Shown here: positions 52,429 through 61,831 of the stretch, piece by piece | Layout of the letters: every line of letters starts with the position of its first letter | Position numbering within the stretch: the first letter of the stretch is position 1 | Source: an uncultured Pseudomonadota bacterium | GTDB lineage: Bacteria > Pseudomonadota > Alphaproteobacteria > JACZXZ01 | NCBI GenBank assembly: GCA_963749075.1 | Contig: CAVVLJ010000021.1 | Location: 320,001-384,000 of the forward strand | DNA length: 64,000 nt | Direction of reading: 5' to 3' | Notes under the pieces: model-generated | What the model was told of the DNA's origin: nothing | Databases searched by the model: none | Seen by the model: only the letters and a program-made list of their open reading frames with translations | Made by a program: the position numbers and the translations under genes

Positions 52429-52987
52429 TTATTTGCTCGACAGTCGGGTGATCTGGACGCGCCTGTTGATGCCGGCGGTCGGATTGGCCGTGTCGTAGAG
52501 CTTCAATTTCCCGAAGCCGATCGCGACGAGCTTCTGCGGATCGAGACCGGCGTGGGCGAGGAGGTAATCGCGCACCGTGCCGGCCCTTGCTTCCGAAAGA
52601 CGCTGGTTGTACTCGACGGAGCCGACCGCATCGGTGTGGCCGGCGATCTCGAAGCGAGCGCCGCGCAGGGACGAATCGCTCAGCGCCTTGCCGAGGACGT
52701 TCGAGCGAGATGATCCCGTCATTGGTGAGCCGCGCGGAATTGAACTCGAAATTGACCATGAGGCTCACCGTGGCCGGCTGCTGAGCCGGCTCGTCGCCCT
52801 CGACGGCGACTCCCCGGTTCGGCACGAAGGCGCGTGTGGGAGTGGGTGGATTGAGGCAGCCCACGATCTCGGACGCGGAGAGGGAGCCGGAGCACGCCGG
52901 GGTGGAGTCCGCAGCACTTGCGGGCAGGAGCCGCGCCGCCGTTGCGATGAAGACCGCTATCAGGAGGAGAATGCGCAGGTCAGGCAT
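52429..52987 (-). CDS. Exported OmpA-C-like peptidoglycan-binding protein, +1 frameshift at ~52700
   Basis: Signal peptide; VNFEFNSARL. After removing one base: LDVLGKALS..L.GARFEIAGHTDAVGS..YNQRLSEARA...INRRVQI. Span 559 = 3n+1. Confidence 0.85.
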
Positions 52988-52999
52988 GGCCGTCCCCGC

Positions 53000-54589
53000 T
53001 CACGGCTTGGCCGCGTCGTGCGTCGTCAGAACGACCGTTGCGGCATCGACGACCCGGTCCCGCTGTTTCGGGTCGGGCTTGTACAAGAGCGCCTTGCGCA
53101 GCGCGGTGAGATATTCGCGCTCGGTCATGCTCCGGCCGAGCCCGTCGGCGAAGAGCGGGCTCGCCGATGCCACGGCCACGACCATCTCATGCCCGAATGG
53201 CGGGCCGATGCGGTACTTGCGCCGGTCGTCGTCGCCGCCGAGAACCACGGTGCTGTTCGGCGGCAAGGCGGCCGGGACCGTTCCAAGAGGCTGATAAAGC
53301 TGCACGGCGTCGCCGCCTGCCTGAAGGTAGGTGACATAGACATAGGCGGGATAGGTGGGCGTGCGGAGGCGCAGAATCAGGCGGCTGCCGGCCCCATAGT
53401 CGCCGCCATCGTTGCCGACCGCCGCAAGCTCCAGCCCGCGGCGACGCTTGATCACGTCGTCGAGCGTCATCAGGGCCTCGCACTGCGGCCACGGCCGCAG
53501 CAGCACATCGAATTTCACGTCAACCCCTTCCGGCAATTGCGCAACCGCCTCCTTCAACCGGCCGAAGTCCGTCTCCGACCCCACCCACCCGGAGAGCATG
53601 CCATGCTGCTGGTCCGTCGCGCGCAGCTTCACCCGCGCGCATTTCAGCCCGGCCGCGGCTTCGGAGAGGCTCGCCTGCCATGCCACCGGCTCGGGTTGCG
53701 GCGGCGGTGCCGGCTCCGGAGCGGGTGGTGGCGTCGGCGGAGCGATGTCCGTCACGGTGAACGCGTCGTGGACGCTTGCGAGATAGGCGCCATATGACAT
53801 CCAGCCGAACCCGCGGTCGCCCCAATACGGCCCCCATGAGTTGAAGAACTTGAAGGCCTGACGCGTATCGTCGTGGCCGACGATGACGATGGCGTGGCTG
53901 TCATTCGAGCCGGCGGCGTCGACGTTGTAGATGCCGCCCGGCCCGAGGTGCTTCATGACATAGTCGTTCAGCCTCATGCCGATGACGACCGGATCGCCGG
54001 CCGCGAGGCGCCCTTTCACGTCGTCCAGATTTCCGCGGTCGACGACGGCAAAGCCGAAGATCGTATGCTCGCGCGCGTGCTCCCTCACCGCCGGATCGGG
54101 AAGTGCTGAGCAGAAGCGCGGGTCGTAGGGGAACTCGGCAAGGCTCGCGATGCCGTCGCTTTGCAGCAACACGAGGGCGTCGGAGATGCGCGAGCCGCTG
54201 TTGCATTGGCCGGGCGTGTGGACGATCTGATTGTAGACGAAAGCCGGGCTGAAGAGATTATTGTCGTCGGCAAGCGACGTCCCGCGGCGCAGATGATCGT
54301 AGTAGGTCCTGAGCGCGTAGCCGACCGACCAAGCGACGCAGGAGCCTTGCCTGCCCTGGTCGCGCGGATCGGGGAAGCCGCCCGAGAGGTCCGTTTGCAG
54401 CGGCAGGAACGCCCGGTAGGGCGGCAGGTGCGGCAGCTTGGCGAGCACCGCCGGGTCCTCGGGGATGAGGCCTTGCGTGTAGGCGTGTTGGGGCATAAGT
54501 GCCAGAGCCGCGGCCACGTTGGCGGCGAAGACGATGTTAGAGGCGATTTTCCTTAACTGCGTCGTGTTTCGATCAATCGCATTGTCCAT
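53000..54589 (-). CDS. Papain-like C1 cysteine peptidase with C-terminal DUF4384-like domain (start uncertain)
   Basis: DQGRQGSCVAW (Gln, Cys), SHAIVIVG (His), FFNSWG..WG..G (Asn); Pro-rich linker; RPWPQCEAL; YVYVTYLQAGG..L...PFGHEMVVAVAS. Confidence 0.88.
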   Translation of the reverse strand: MDNAIDRNTTQLRKIASNIVFAANVAAALALMPQHAYTQGLIPEDPAVLAKLPHLPPYRAFLPLQTDLSGGFPDPRDQGRQGSCVAWSVGYALRTYYDHLRRGTSLADDNNLFSPAFVYNQIVHTPGQCNSGSRISDALVLLQSDGIASLAEFPYDPRFCSALPDPAVREHAREHTIFGFAVVDRGNLDDVKGRLAAGDPVVIGMRLNDYVMKHLGPGGIYNVDAAGSNDSHAIVIVGHDDTRQAFKFFNSWGPYWGDRGFGWMSYGAYLASVHDAFTVTDIAPPTPPPAPEPAPPPQPEPVAWQASLSEAAAGLKCARVKLRATDQQHGMLSGWVGSETDFGRLKEAVAQLPEGVDVKFDVLLRPWPQCEALMTLDDVIKRRRGLELAAVGNDGGDYGAGSRLILRLRTPTYPAYVYVTYLQAGGDAVQLYQPLGTVPAALPPNSTVVLGGDDDRRKYRIGPPFGHEMVVAVASASPLFADGLGRSMTEREYLTALRKALLYKPDPKQRDRVVDAATVVLTTHDAAKP

Positions 54590-54728
54590 GGAATCTGTCC
54601 GGCCAACCGTGATGTCTTTGCGCCACGTTCCGCCCCGATCGGATGCCGGGAACGCGGACCACTGCATGACCGGTTTCGTCGCAGAAATAGCCGGCACTCC
54701 AATTACCCATTTAGCGCTATCGTCAAGC

Positions 54729-56471
54729 TCATTCGTCGGGGAGGCGTCTCAAAGCGTCCTTGGCCGCTTCATTGCCCTGCGCCGCTGCTAGCTTGTACCA
54801 GTAACGTGCTTGGGCATAGTCCGTCGCGACGCCCTCACCCATGTCGTAAAGATGTCCGACTTGGTACTGCGCCCTGTCATGCCCCTGACCGGCGGCCTTG
54901 CGGTACCAACGCATCGCTTCGGCATAGTCCATCGCCACGCCCCAACCGGTGTAGTAAAGACCTCCGACATTGTACTGGGCCCAGGCATGCCCCTGATCGG
55001 CGGCCTTGCGATACCAACGCATCGCTTCGGCAAAGTCCATCGACACGCCCCAACCCATGCTGTAAAGAATTCCGATGTTGTACTGCGCCTCGGCATTCCC
55101 CTGATCGGCGGCCCTGCGGTACCAACGCATCGCTTCAGCATAGTCCTTCGACACACCCCGACCCATTCCGTAAAGAACTCCGATGTTGTACTGCGCCCCG
55201 GCATCCCCCCGATCAGCCGCCTTGCGGTACCAACGCATCGCTTCGGCATAGTCCTTCGACACACCCCAACCGTTCGCGTAAATTACTCCTATGTGGTTCT
55301 GCGCCAACGCATCCCCCTGATCGGCGGCCTTCCGGAACTGAGCAACGGCGTTACGGAACCAGCGCTCGGCTTCGGCATGGTCCTGAGGTACGCCCGAACC
55401 TTTCTCGTATAGGATGCCAATTTCAAGTTGCGCCTCGGCATCCGCCTCATCGGCAGCCTTGCGTAACCAACGCATCGCTTCGGCAGGGTCTCTCGGCACC
55501 CCTTTTCCCATGGCGTAAAGTCTTCCGATGAAAATCGGTGCCTTGGTATTTTCCTGGTCGGCGGCTTTGAGATACCAACGCATAGCTTCGCCGTAATCTT
55601 TCCTATCTTCGGCTTCCCTTCCTCTGTGAAAGGCCTCTTCCGCCGAAATCGCCGGCTCCGGGACGGATGTAACGACCGCTACCTGCGGGGGCTGGCGCTC
55701 TCCAGCGAAATAGAACTCCCCATCGATGGGCGAAATCGCCACCCAGGGCTGCTGGGACCCGTTGGTGTTCCGATCGACGGTCAAGCCGACCTCGTTGAAC
55801 ATGTGGAGGATGTCGAGACCGGGCTTGCGCATCGCCTCGGCGAGCGCCTTGGTGTAGGGGCTGTTGCCGACGAGGCCGCCGTCGCTCGCCACATTGCCCG
55901 GCTGCGTCGCGTAGGAGATCAGCGTTCCCCTGGGCGCCTTCATCTGGGCGAGGCCGCCGCCGGCGTCCCTCAGGCCGCGCCCGCCGAATGGGTTGTTGCG
56001 GCAGGCGTCGAGGATCATCACGTTGAGCCGCGCACCCGAGGCCTCCATCTGGCGCAGCACGACTCCGGCATCCACGAGCTCGAAGTCCGCGTCGGCCGCC
56101 TGCGTCGGATTGGCGTCGACGGGGGCCAGATAATTGACGCCCTGCAACTGGAGCCCGTGGCCGGCGTAGTAGAAGAGTCCCACGCCGCCCCCGGTGAGCT
56201 GCTCGCGGAACGAGCGGATCGCTTTGTCGAAGGCGGCCTTGTCGAGGTTGAGGAGCGCCCGGTCGCCGACCAAGGTAAAGCCTAAGCTCCTCAGCGTGTC
56301 CGCTATGAGGTTCGCATCGTTGGGCGTATTCGCGAGCCGGGCGGCGTGCTGGTAGTCGGCGTTTCCAATGACCAGTGCTACGCGCCGCTCGGGCGTCTCC
56401 GCCATTGTCTCGGACGAGGCCGCAATGGCCCACATCGCCGCGACAATCAAGTGCCGGAAGAGCGGTCTCAT
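54729..56471 (-). CDS. Exported caspase-like peptidase C14 with C-terminal SEL1-like repeats
   Basis: Signal peptide; RVALVIGN; dyad FYYAGHG / LDACR; about eight SEL1 repeats (EAMRWYRKAADQG.A.AQ). Confidence 0.93.
   Translation of the reverse strand: MRPLFRHLIVAAMWAIAASSETMAETPERRVALVIGNADYQHAARLANTPNDANLIADTLRSLGFTLVGDRALLNLDKAAFDKAIRSFREQLTGGGVGLFYYAGHGLQLQGVNYLAPVDANPTQAADADFELVDAGVVLRQMEASGARLNVMILDACRNNPFGGRGLRDAGGGLAQMKAPRGTLISYATQPGNVASDGGLVGNSPYTKALAEAMRKPGLDILHMFNEVGLTVDRNTNGSQQPWVAISPIDGEFYFAGERQPPQVAVVTSVPEPAISAEEAFHRGREAEDRKDYGEAMRWYLKAADQENTKAPIFIGRLYAMGKGVPRDPAEAMRWLRKAADEADAEAQLEIGILYEKGSGVPQDHAEAERWFRNAVAQFRKAADQGDALAQNHIGVIYANGWGVSKDYAEAMRWYRKAADRGDAGAQYNIGVLYGMGRGVSKDYAEAMRWYRRAADQGNAEAQYNIGILYSMGWGVSMDFAEAMRWYRKAADQGHAWAQYNVGGLYYTGWGVAMDYAEAMRWYRKAAGQGHDRAQYQVGHLYDMGEGVATDYAQARYWYKLAAAQGNEAAKDALRRLPDE
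54860..55330 (-). repeat. Near-identical 108-bp coding tandem repeats (SEL1 units)
   Basis: CG(G/A)TACCAACGCATCGCTTC recurs at 54901, 55009, 55117 and 55225. Confidence 0.92.
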
Positions 56472-56560
56472 GATACCCGCCGCCTTATGCTTCTTCCTAT
56501 GGCACTCTCCTATCCGAACGAAAAAGCAGCGTCAGTGACGCAGCTCACAATCTTGGGCTG

Positions 56561-56589
56561 AGAATATCAAAACGGGCGCACGTGCTCAA
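56561..56589 (-). promoter_or_regulatory. Putative sigma70 promoter of the caspase-SEL1 gene
   Basis: Minus strand TTGAGC-N17-TATTCT; homologous to the site upstream of the second caspase gene. Confidence 0.55.
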
Positions 56590-56685
56590 TGAGCAACAGC
56601 ACGGGCTCGAGGCACGGTCCGGCGCCTCCTGAACGATCTCCGCACTCCCGTGATCCGGTCCTGTGACCCGCGAGGCGGCGCATGC

Positions 56686-57762
56686 TCATGACGGATCAAA
56701 GAAGTCGCCGCAGTTGTTTTGCCGGCAAAGATAGACCCCAACGTAGCTGCCATAGGGAAACGGAAGCTCGATTCCGATTGGGGTCTTTGTCGTTCTTATC
56801 CCCAGAACTCTTATCGCCAACACGACCTGCTGTCCCGGCATGGTGAACCGTGTGCTCGGCAGATCGATCACCAGGAGGTCGCCGAACGCCCCCTCAGTCT
56901 CCGACAGCATCTGGGAGAAGTCGGCCCTGACGCCGACCACCTTGTCCTTGAATGGGAACGGGTTCGTTTTGAGCATTTGCGCGCTGGCCCAGGCGACGAC
57001 GCCGTTTGCGGCAATGAAGGCGGCGCGGGCAGTCTTGCGCGCTTCCGCCAGCTCCGCCGCCTCCTTGGCCTCGGCCGCGAGTTTCGCCTCACGCGCAAGC
57101 CGCGCCGCCTCCTCCCGACGCTTCTGCTCCTCTTGTTGCCGCACTCGGCTTGCTTCGGCTTCCGCTTGCCGCCGGCGCTCCTCCGCCGCGGCATAAGCGC
57201 GATCTTCAATATTCGGATTGTTCGGCGACCAATCCCACGTGGCGGTGGCCGCTGGGTCGCTTTTCGCGGCCTTGAACCAGGCCTTTGCGACATACTGCTG
57301 GTCGTAGGACTTGCCGTAGCGCTCGGAGTAGGCCGCTATCTCCTGGTTCCTGTAGAGCAGGACATACACCACAAGCTGGTTCGTGTTGAAATCGCTCGGC
57401 GGCCCCGCCATGGAATACATCCTTGCATCCGGGCAGATCTCCTGAAATTTCGCTGCCGCCTTCCGGGCGACCTCTCTTGCATAGCTCAAATTCTCGAAAC
57501 GCTCGCGAAGGTCATACGGCACGCCCACTACAATCTCGTATGTGGTCGGGAAGCCCGCAAAACCGCGGTAGGCGCACGGGTTGACCCACCCGTGAAGGGG
57601 GTCGTGCATGGCAGGGACGACATAAAAAATTCTAACACCGCCCTCTTCGGCCGTCACTTTCTTGTAGACGGGCGGCGTCTTTATGTCGTTTGCGGCGGCG
57701 CCTCGCGCACAGACAAGTCCGGCTATGCCGATGGCAAGCAACAGCATCAGTCGTCCAAGCAT
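56686..57762 (-). CDS. Exported hypothetical protein with central coiled coil
   Basis: Signal peptide MLGRLMLLLAIGIAGLVCARGAAA; Glu/Arg/Ala coiled coil; C-terminal L.TNPF.FK..VV domain ending CRQNNC. Confidence 0.75.
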   Translation of the reverse strand: MLGRLMLLLAIGIAGLVCARGAAANDIKTPPVYKKVTAEEGGVRIFYVVPAMHDPLHGWVNPCAYRGFAGFPTTYEIVVGVPYDLRERFENLSYAREVARKAAAKFQEICPDARMYSMAGPPSDFNTNQLVVYVLLYRNQEIAAYSERYGKSYDQQYVAKAWFKAAKSDPAATATWDWSPNNPNIEDRAYAAAEERRRQAEAEASRVRQQEEQKRREEAARLAREAKLAAEAKEAAELAEARKTARAAFIAANGVVAWASAQMLKTNPFPFKDKVVGVRADFSQMLSETEGAFGDLLVIDLPSTRFTMPGQQVVLAIRVLGIRTTKTPIGIELPFPYGSYVGVYLCRQNNCGDFFDPS

Positions 57763-57902
57763 CGTCGCTGCGGCGTCTTGCACGGCGGATGATACTCGAT
57801 GCTGGCTCGCTCCCGAGGGGACCCGGCATCGCCACCCGATTGAGCGAGAAGCAAGCGCGGGCGCGGCCCCATGGCGCGATCGGGGGATTCCGCAGAGCAT
57901 AT

Positions 57903-59402
57903 CTAGGGCGTCAGTCCGCAGGCCTTGCTCGCCCTTGTGTAGGCCTCCCTGAACCCCTCGAGCGAGTAAACATCCCTTGTCCTAGCGCCTTCGGCACTCG
58001 TGCCGGTGACGACAGCCTGCCTGCCAATCTTGAGGGCTTCGACGATCTCGGCGTCGCCTCCAGCCATGGCCCATCCGCGGCTGCCGTTGGTGAAAAGCGA
58101 GAACTTCTCACCGTCGACTACGAGCTCGACGGTGCTGTTCTTCTGATAGTCATAGCCGCTGGTGACGCTGACGATGCCAAAGGTCTTCTGCCTCCGCCAG
58201 TGCGTGACGAGGATATTGGCCTCGCCGGGCTTGCTCTGATGGCCCTCCTCCTTCTTGGGATAGCTCGCGACGTAGCAGGTATCGGTCGCGCCTTCCTTGT
58301 AGGTGATCGCATTCCAATTTCCGAACGTGCCCATCATATTTGCGCGCGGTCCTGAAATCGATAGGTCCGCCACAGGTGGGATTGCTGACACTGCCTTCTG
58401 CGGCGGTGCCGCAACAGCAACCTTCTCTGGCGTCGGCCTCGCCGGCGGCAGCGCCTGAATCCGGTTGCGCGCCAGCGAGGCGAAGGCGCCCGTCGGATAT
58501 TGTTTCAGGTATGCCTCGAAATCCGCCGGGTCCTTGCTGCCCTCGATAAACTCCCAGAATACCGTCTCCTTGTCTGCCGATGGCACGGGCGCGGGCGGGG
58601 TCGGAATCGTGCTGCCGGGCGACAGGCCGGCGAAATAGAACTCTCCGTCAATGGGCGAATGCGATACCCACGGCTGTTGCGATCCGTCCGTCTCGCGGTC
58701 GACGGCCACGCCGACCGAGTTGAACATGTGCAAGATGTCGAGGCCGGGCTTGCGCATCGCGTCCGCAAGCGCCTTGGTATATGGGCTGTTGCCGCCCAGG
58801 CCGCCGTCGCTCGCGACGTTGCCCGGCTGCGTCGCGTACGATATCAGCGTCCCTCGCGGCGCCTTCATTTGCGCGAGGCCGCCGCCGGCGTCGCGAAAAC
58901 CCCGCCCGCCGAAGGGGTTGTTGCGGCAGGCGTCGAGGATCATCACGTTGAGCCGCGCTCCGGACGCGTTCATCTGCCGCAGCACCACCCCCGCGTCCAC
59001 GAGCTCGAAGTCCGCGTCGGCCGCCTGGGTCGGGTTGGCGTTCACTGGTGCTAGATAATTGACTCCCTCCAACTGAAGCCCGTGGCCCGCATAGTAGAAG
59101 AGACCCACAGCGCCGCCGGTGAGTTGCTCGCGGAAGTCGCGAATCGCTTTGTCGAAGGCGGCCTTGTCAAGATCGAGGAGCGCCTGGCCGCCGACAAGTG
59201 TGAAGCCTAGGCTCTTCAATGTATCGGCGATGAGCTTCGCATCGTTAGAGGTATTCGCGAGCCGGGCGGTGTGCTGGTAGTCGGCGTTGCCGATGACGAG
59301 CGCGATGCGTTGCTCGCGGGTATCGGCCGTCGCCTCGAGTGATGCCGTGCCGGTGACGGCCAATATCGCCGCAACGGCCATACGCCGGATAAACGGTCTC
59401 AT
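57903..59402 (-). CDS. Exported caspase-like peptidase C14 fused to an IalB-like domain
   Basis: Signal peptide; FYYAGHG / LDACR; helical hairpin FWE....DPADFEAYLKQYPTGAFASLAR; C-terminal 147 aa 98/147 identical (hand count) to IalB at 51778. Confidence 0.92.
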   Translation of the reverse strand: MRPFIRRMAVAAILAVTGTASLEATADTREQRIALVIGNADYQHTARLANTSNDAKLIADTLKSLGFTLVGGQALLDLDKAAFDKAIRDFREQLTGGAVGLFYYAGHGLQLEGVNYLAPVNANPTQAADADFELVDAGVVLRQMNASGARLNVMILDACRNNPFGGRGFRDAGGGLAQMKAPRGTLISYATQPGNVASDGGLGGNSPYTKALADAMRKPGLDILHMFNSVGVAVDRETDGSQQPWVSHSPIDGEFYFAGLSPGSTIPTPPAPVPSADKETVFWEFIEGSKDPADFEAYLKQYPTGAFASLARNRIQALPPARPTPEKVAVAAPPQKAVSAIPPVADLSISGPRANMMGTFGNWNAITYKEGATDTCYVASYPKKEEGHQSKPGEANILVTHWRRQKTFGIVSVTSGYDYQKNSTVELVVDGEKFSLFTNGSRGWAMAGGDAEIVEALKIGRQAVVTGTSAEGARTRDVYSLEGFREAYTRASKACGLTP

Positions 59403-59468
59403 GACCCCATCTCGAATCTGGTGTATCAGGCGTTAATCACCCCCGCAGTGACACGAACCGCGACGTAG

Positions 59469-59497
59469 AGACTATCATGACCCTGGGGCACTCTCAA
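59469..59497 (-). promoter_or_regulatory. Putative sigma70 promoter of the caspase-IalB gene
   Basis: Minus strand TTGAGA-N17-TAGTCT. Confidence 0.55.
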
Positions 59498-59671
59498 TCA
59501 CAAGTAGCGGCGCGCTAGAATCGTGCCCTGCGCCCCTTGGACGACCGAGCCTGGCGCCAAGGCGTGTGAAACGGATCAGGCTAGCGACGGATCGAGGAAG
59601 CTGTCACGACTTCCCCGTTGACAGGAACAACGGCCGTCGCCATGCGGAAATGGGATCCGAGTCAGGTGACC

Positions 59672-59785
59672 ATGGGGATTCGAGCATTCTGCGAGTTTGC
59701 TTTCCCGCCGGTTGTCACCTACATCCAGGGCAGCAATGACACCTGCGCTGAGGAGGCGGGCAAGGCCTGCGGCGCGAAAGACTAG
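59672..59785 (+). pseudogene. Internally deleted ialB relic (37-codon mini-ORF)
   Basis: MGIRAFCEFAFPPVVTYIQGSNDTCAEEAGKACGAKD*; segments match IalB ITYKEGSANTC and EEASKACGVK; 59749-79 matches 52314-44 at 28/31 nt. Confidence 0.7.
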
Positions 59786-59814
59786 CAGCCGCCGCCCTTG
59801 CCGCATGAAGAGCC

Positions 59815-60943
59815 ATGAGCGTCGCCGTCGAGCGCGCGTCCGAGACGCAAAAGAACCTGATCGGGCTCAGCCGCGCGGAGCTCGAGGAGGAGCTCGCCGT
59901 CCTCGGCCTCGAGCGCTTCCGCGCCCGCCAGCTCTGGCACTGGATCTATCACCGCGGCGCGCCCGACTTCGCCGCGATGTCCTCGCTCTCGCGCCGGCTG
60001 CGCGAGACGCTCGAGCGGCACTTCACGCTCGCCCGTGCCGTGGCCGTGCGCGACCAGCAGTCCTCGGACGGCACGCGCAAGTGGCTCTTGCGGCTCGCCG
60101 ACGGCAATCTCGTCGAGACCGTGCACATTCCGGAGGAGGACCGCGGCGCCTTGTGCGTCTCCTCGCAAGTCGGCTGCACGCTCACCTGCAAGTTCTGCCA
60201 TACCGGCACGCAGAAGCTCGTGCGCAACCTCGAGGCCGGCGAGATCGTCGGCCAGCTCATGCTGGCGCGCGATGCCATCGGCGAGTGGCCGTCGCCGCGT
60301 GACGGCCGCATGATCTCCAACATCGTGCTCATGGGGATGGGCGAGCCGCTCTACAATTACGAGAACGTCGCGCAAGGCATTGCGCATCGTGATGGATGCG
60401 GACGGCATCGCCATCTCGCGCCGGCGCATCACGCTCTCGACCGCGGGCGTGGTGCCGCAGATCAGGCGCGCGGGTGCCGAGCTCCGCGTCAATCTCGCGG
60501 TCTCCCTCCACGCGGTGACCGACGGCTTGCGCGACGTGATCGTGCCGCTCAACCGCAAATACCCGATCGCGGAGCTCATCGCGGCCTGCCGCGACTATGC
60601 GGCACTCAACCCCAACCGGCGCATCACCTTCGAATACGTCATGCTCAAGGGGGTGAACGACGGTGCGGCCGACGCGCGCGAGCTCCTGCGCCTCATCCGC
60701 GGCATCCCGGCCAAGGTGAACCTCATCCCCTTCAACCCCTGGCCGGGCGCGCCCTTCGAATGCTCGGACGAGGGCGCCATCCGCGCTTTCGCCGACATCG
60801 TGATGAACGCCGGCTATCACGCGCCCGTGCGCACGCCGCGCGGCCGCGACATCCTCGCCGCCTGCGGCCAGCTCAAGTCCGAGAGCCTGCGCGAGCGCGC
60901 CGCCGCGCGCGCGGCCAAGCGCGCGGCGGCGGCGGCATCATGA
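59815..60943 (+). CDS. rlmN: Dual-specificity RNA methyltransferase RlmN, +1 frameshift at ~60363-60372
   Basis: [21 protein letters not shown]; second frame [39 protein letters not shown]. Span 1129 = 3n+1. Confidence 0.93.
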
Positions 60944-60945
60944 GA

Positions 60946-61581
60946 TCATGAGGCGGCGAGCGCGAGCCTCTCCTCGGCGAAGCGCCAATTGACCAGCTTG
61001 TCGAGCCAGGCCGCGACGTAGTCGGCGCGCCTGTTCTGATAGTCGAGGTAATAAGCGTGCTCCCACACGTCGATGGTGAGGAGCGGCGTGGCACCGTGAA
61101 CGAGGGGCGTGTCGGCGTTGGCGGTCGCCATGACCTTGAGCGCGCCCTTCGCGTCGGCTGCGAGCCAGGCCCAGCCGCTGCCGAACTGGCCGAGCGCCGC
61201 CTGCGCCATGGCCTCGCGGCACGCCTTGGCGCCGCCGAAATCGCGCTCGAGCGCCGCCTTGAGCTTGCCCGCAGGCTCGCCGCCGCCGTGCGGGGCCATG
61301 CACTGCCAATAGAACGCGTGGTTCCACGCCTGGGCGGCGTTGTTGAAGATCTTGCCCGCCTTGGCATCCTTGGCCGCGCGCCGGATCACCCCTTCGAGCG
61401 CCGCGCCCTCGTAGCCCGTGCCCTTGACGAGCTCGTTGAGCGTCTTGACGTAGCCCGCGTGGTGCTTGCCGTGGTGGAAGGAGAGCGTGCGCGCGGTGAT
61501 CACCGGCTGAAGCGCGTTCTCGTCGTAAGGCAGCTTCGGCAGCTCGAAGGCGGCTTGGCCCTTGGTCAAGGTATCTGGCAT
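60946..61581 (-). CDS. sodB: Fe superoxide dismutase
   Basis: [34 protein letters not shown]. Confidence 0.93.
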   Translation of the reverse strand: MPDTLTKGQAAFELPKLPYDENALQPVITARTLSFHHGKHHAGYVKTLNELVKGTGYEGAALEGVIRRAAKDAKAGKIFNNAAQAWNHAFYWQCMAPHGGGEPAGKLKAALERDFGGAKACREAMAQAALGQFGSGWAWLAADAKGALKVMATANADTPLVHGATPLLTIDVWEHAYYLDYQNRRADYVAAWLDKLVNWRFAEERLALAAS

Positions 61582-61831
61582 GGTACGGTCTCCTTCGTGA
61601 ATTGCATTCGAGGCGGCGGCAGGCGTCCGCCCGCGCCGCTGCATTCGCTCGCTAGCCCTCGTGGCGCCCTCGCGAAGACGCGGGGCCGCATGTTGTGAAC
61701 CAGCATCCAAGGGCTTTCGTTCCATATGGGAAGTGCCGCCGCCCCTGGCGAGGCGCCGCGCGCGCTAAGTGCTGGCGGGCGGTGCGGCCATCTGCCGCAG
61801 CGCGAGAGGCGAAGAGGACCGTCCGTCGCGC

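Noticed and set aside
54860-55330. 108-bp repeats as a CRISPR array or DGR template
   Set aside because: In-frame SEL1 coding repeats with no unique spacers; no cas or reverse transcriptase gene in the window.
52351-59790. Protease block as a prophage or integrative element
   Set aside because: No integrase, transposase, tRNA target or phage genes; only ialB-derived repeats at the borders.
59815-60943. Programmed ribosomal frameshifting in rlmN or the other split genes
   Set aside because: No slippery heptamer at the breaks; shared sequence context across unrelated genes points to sequencing error.
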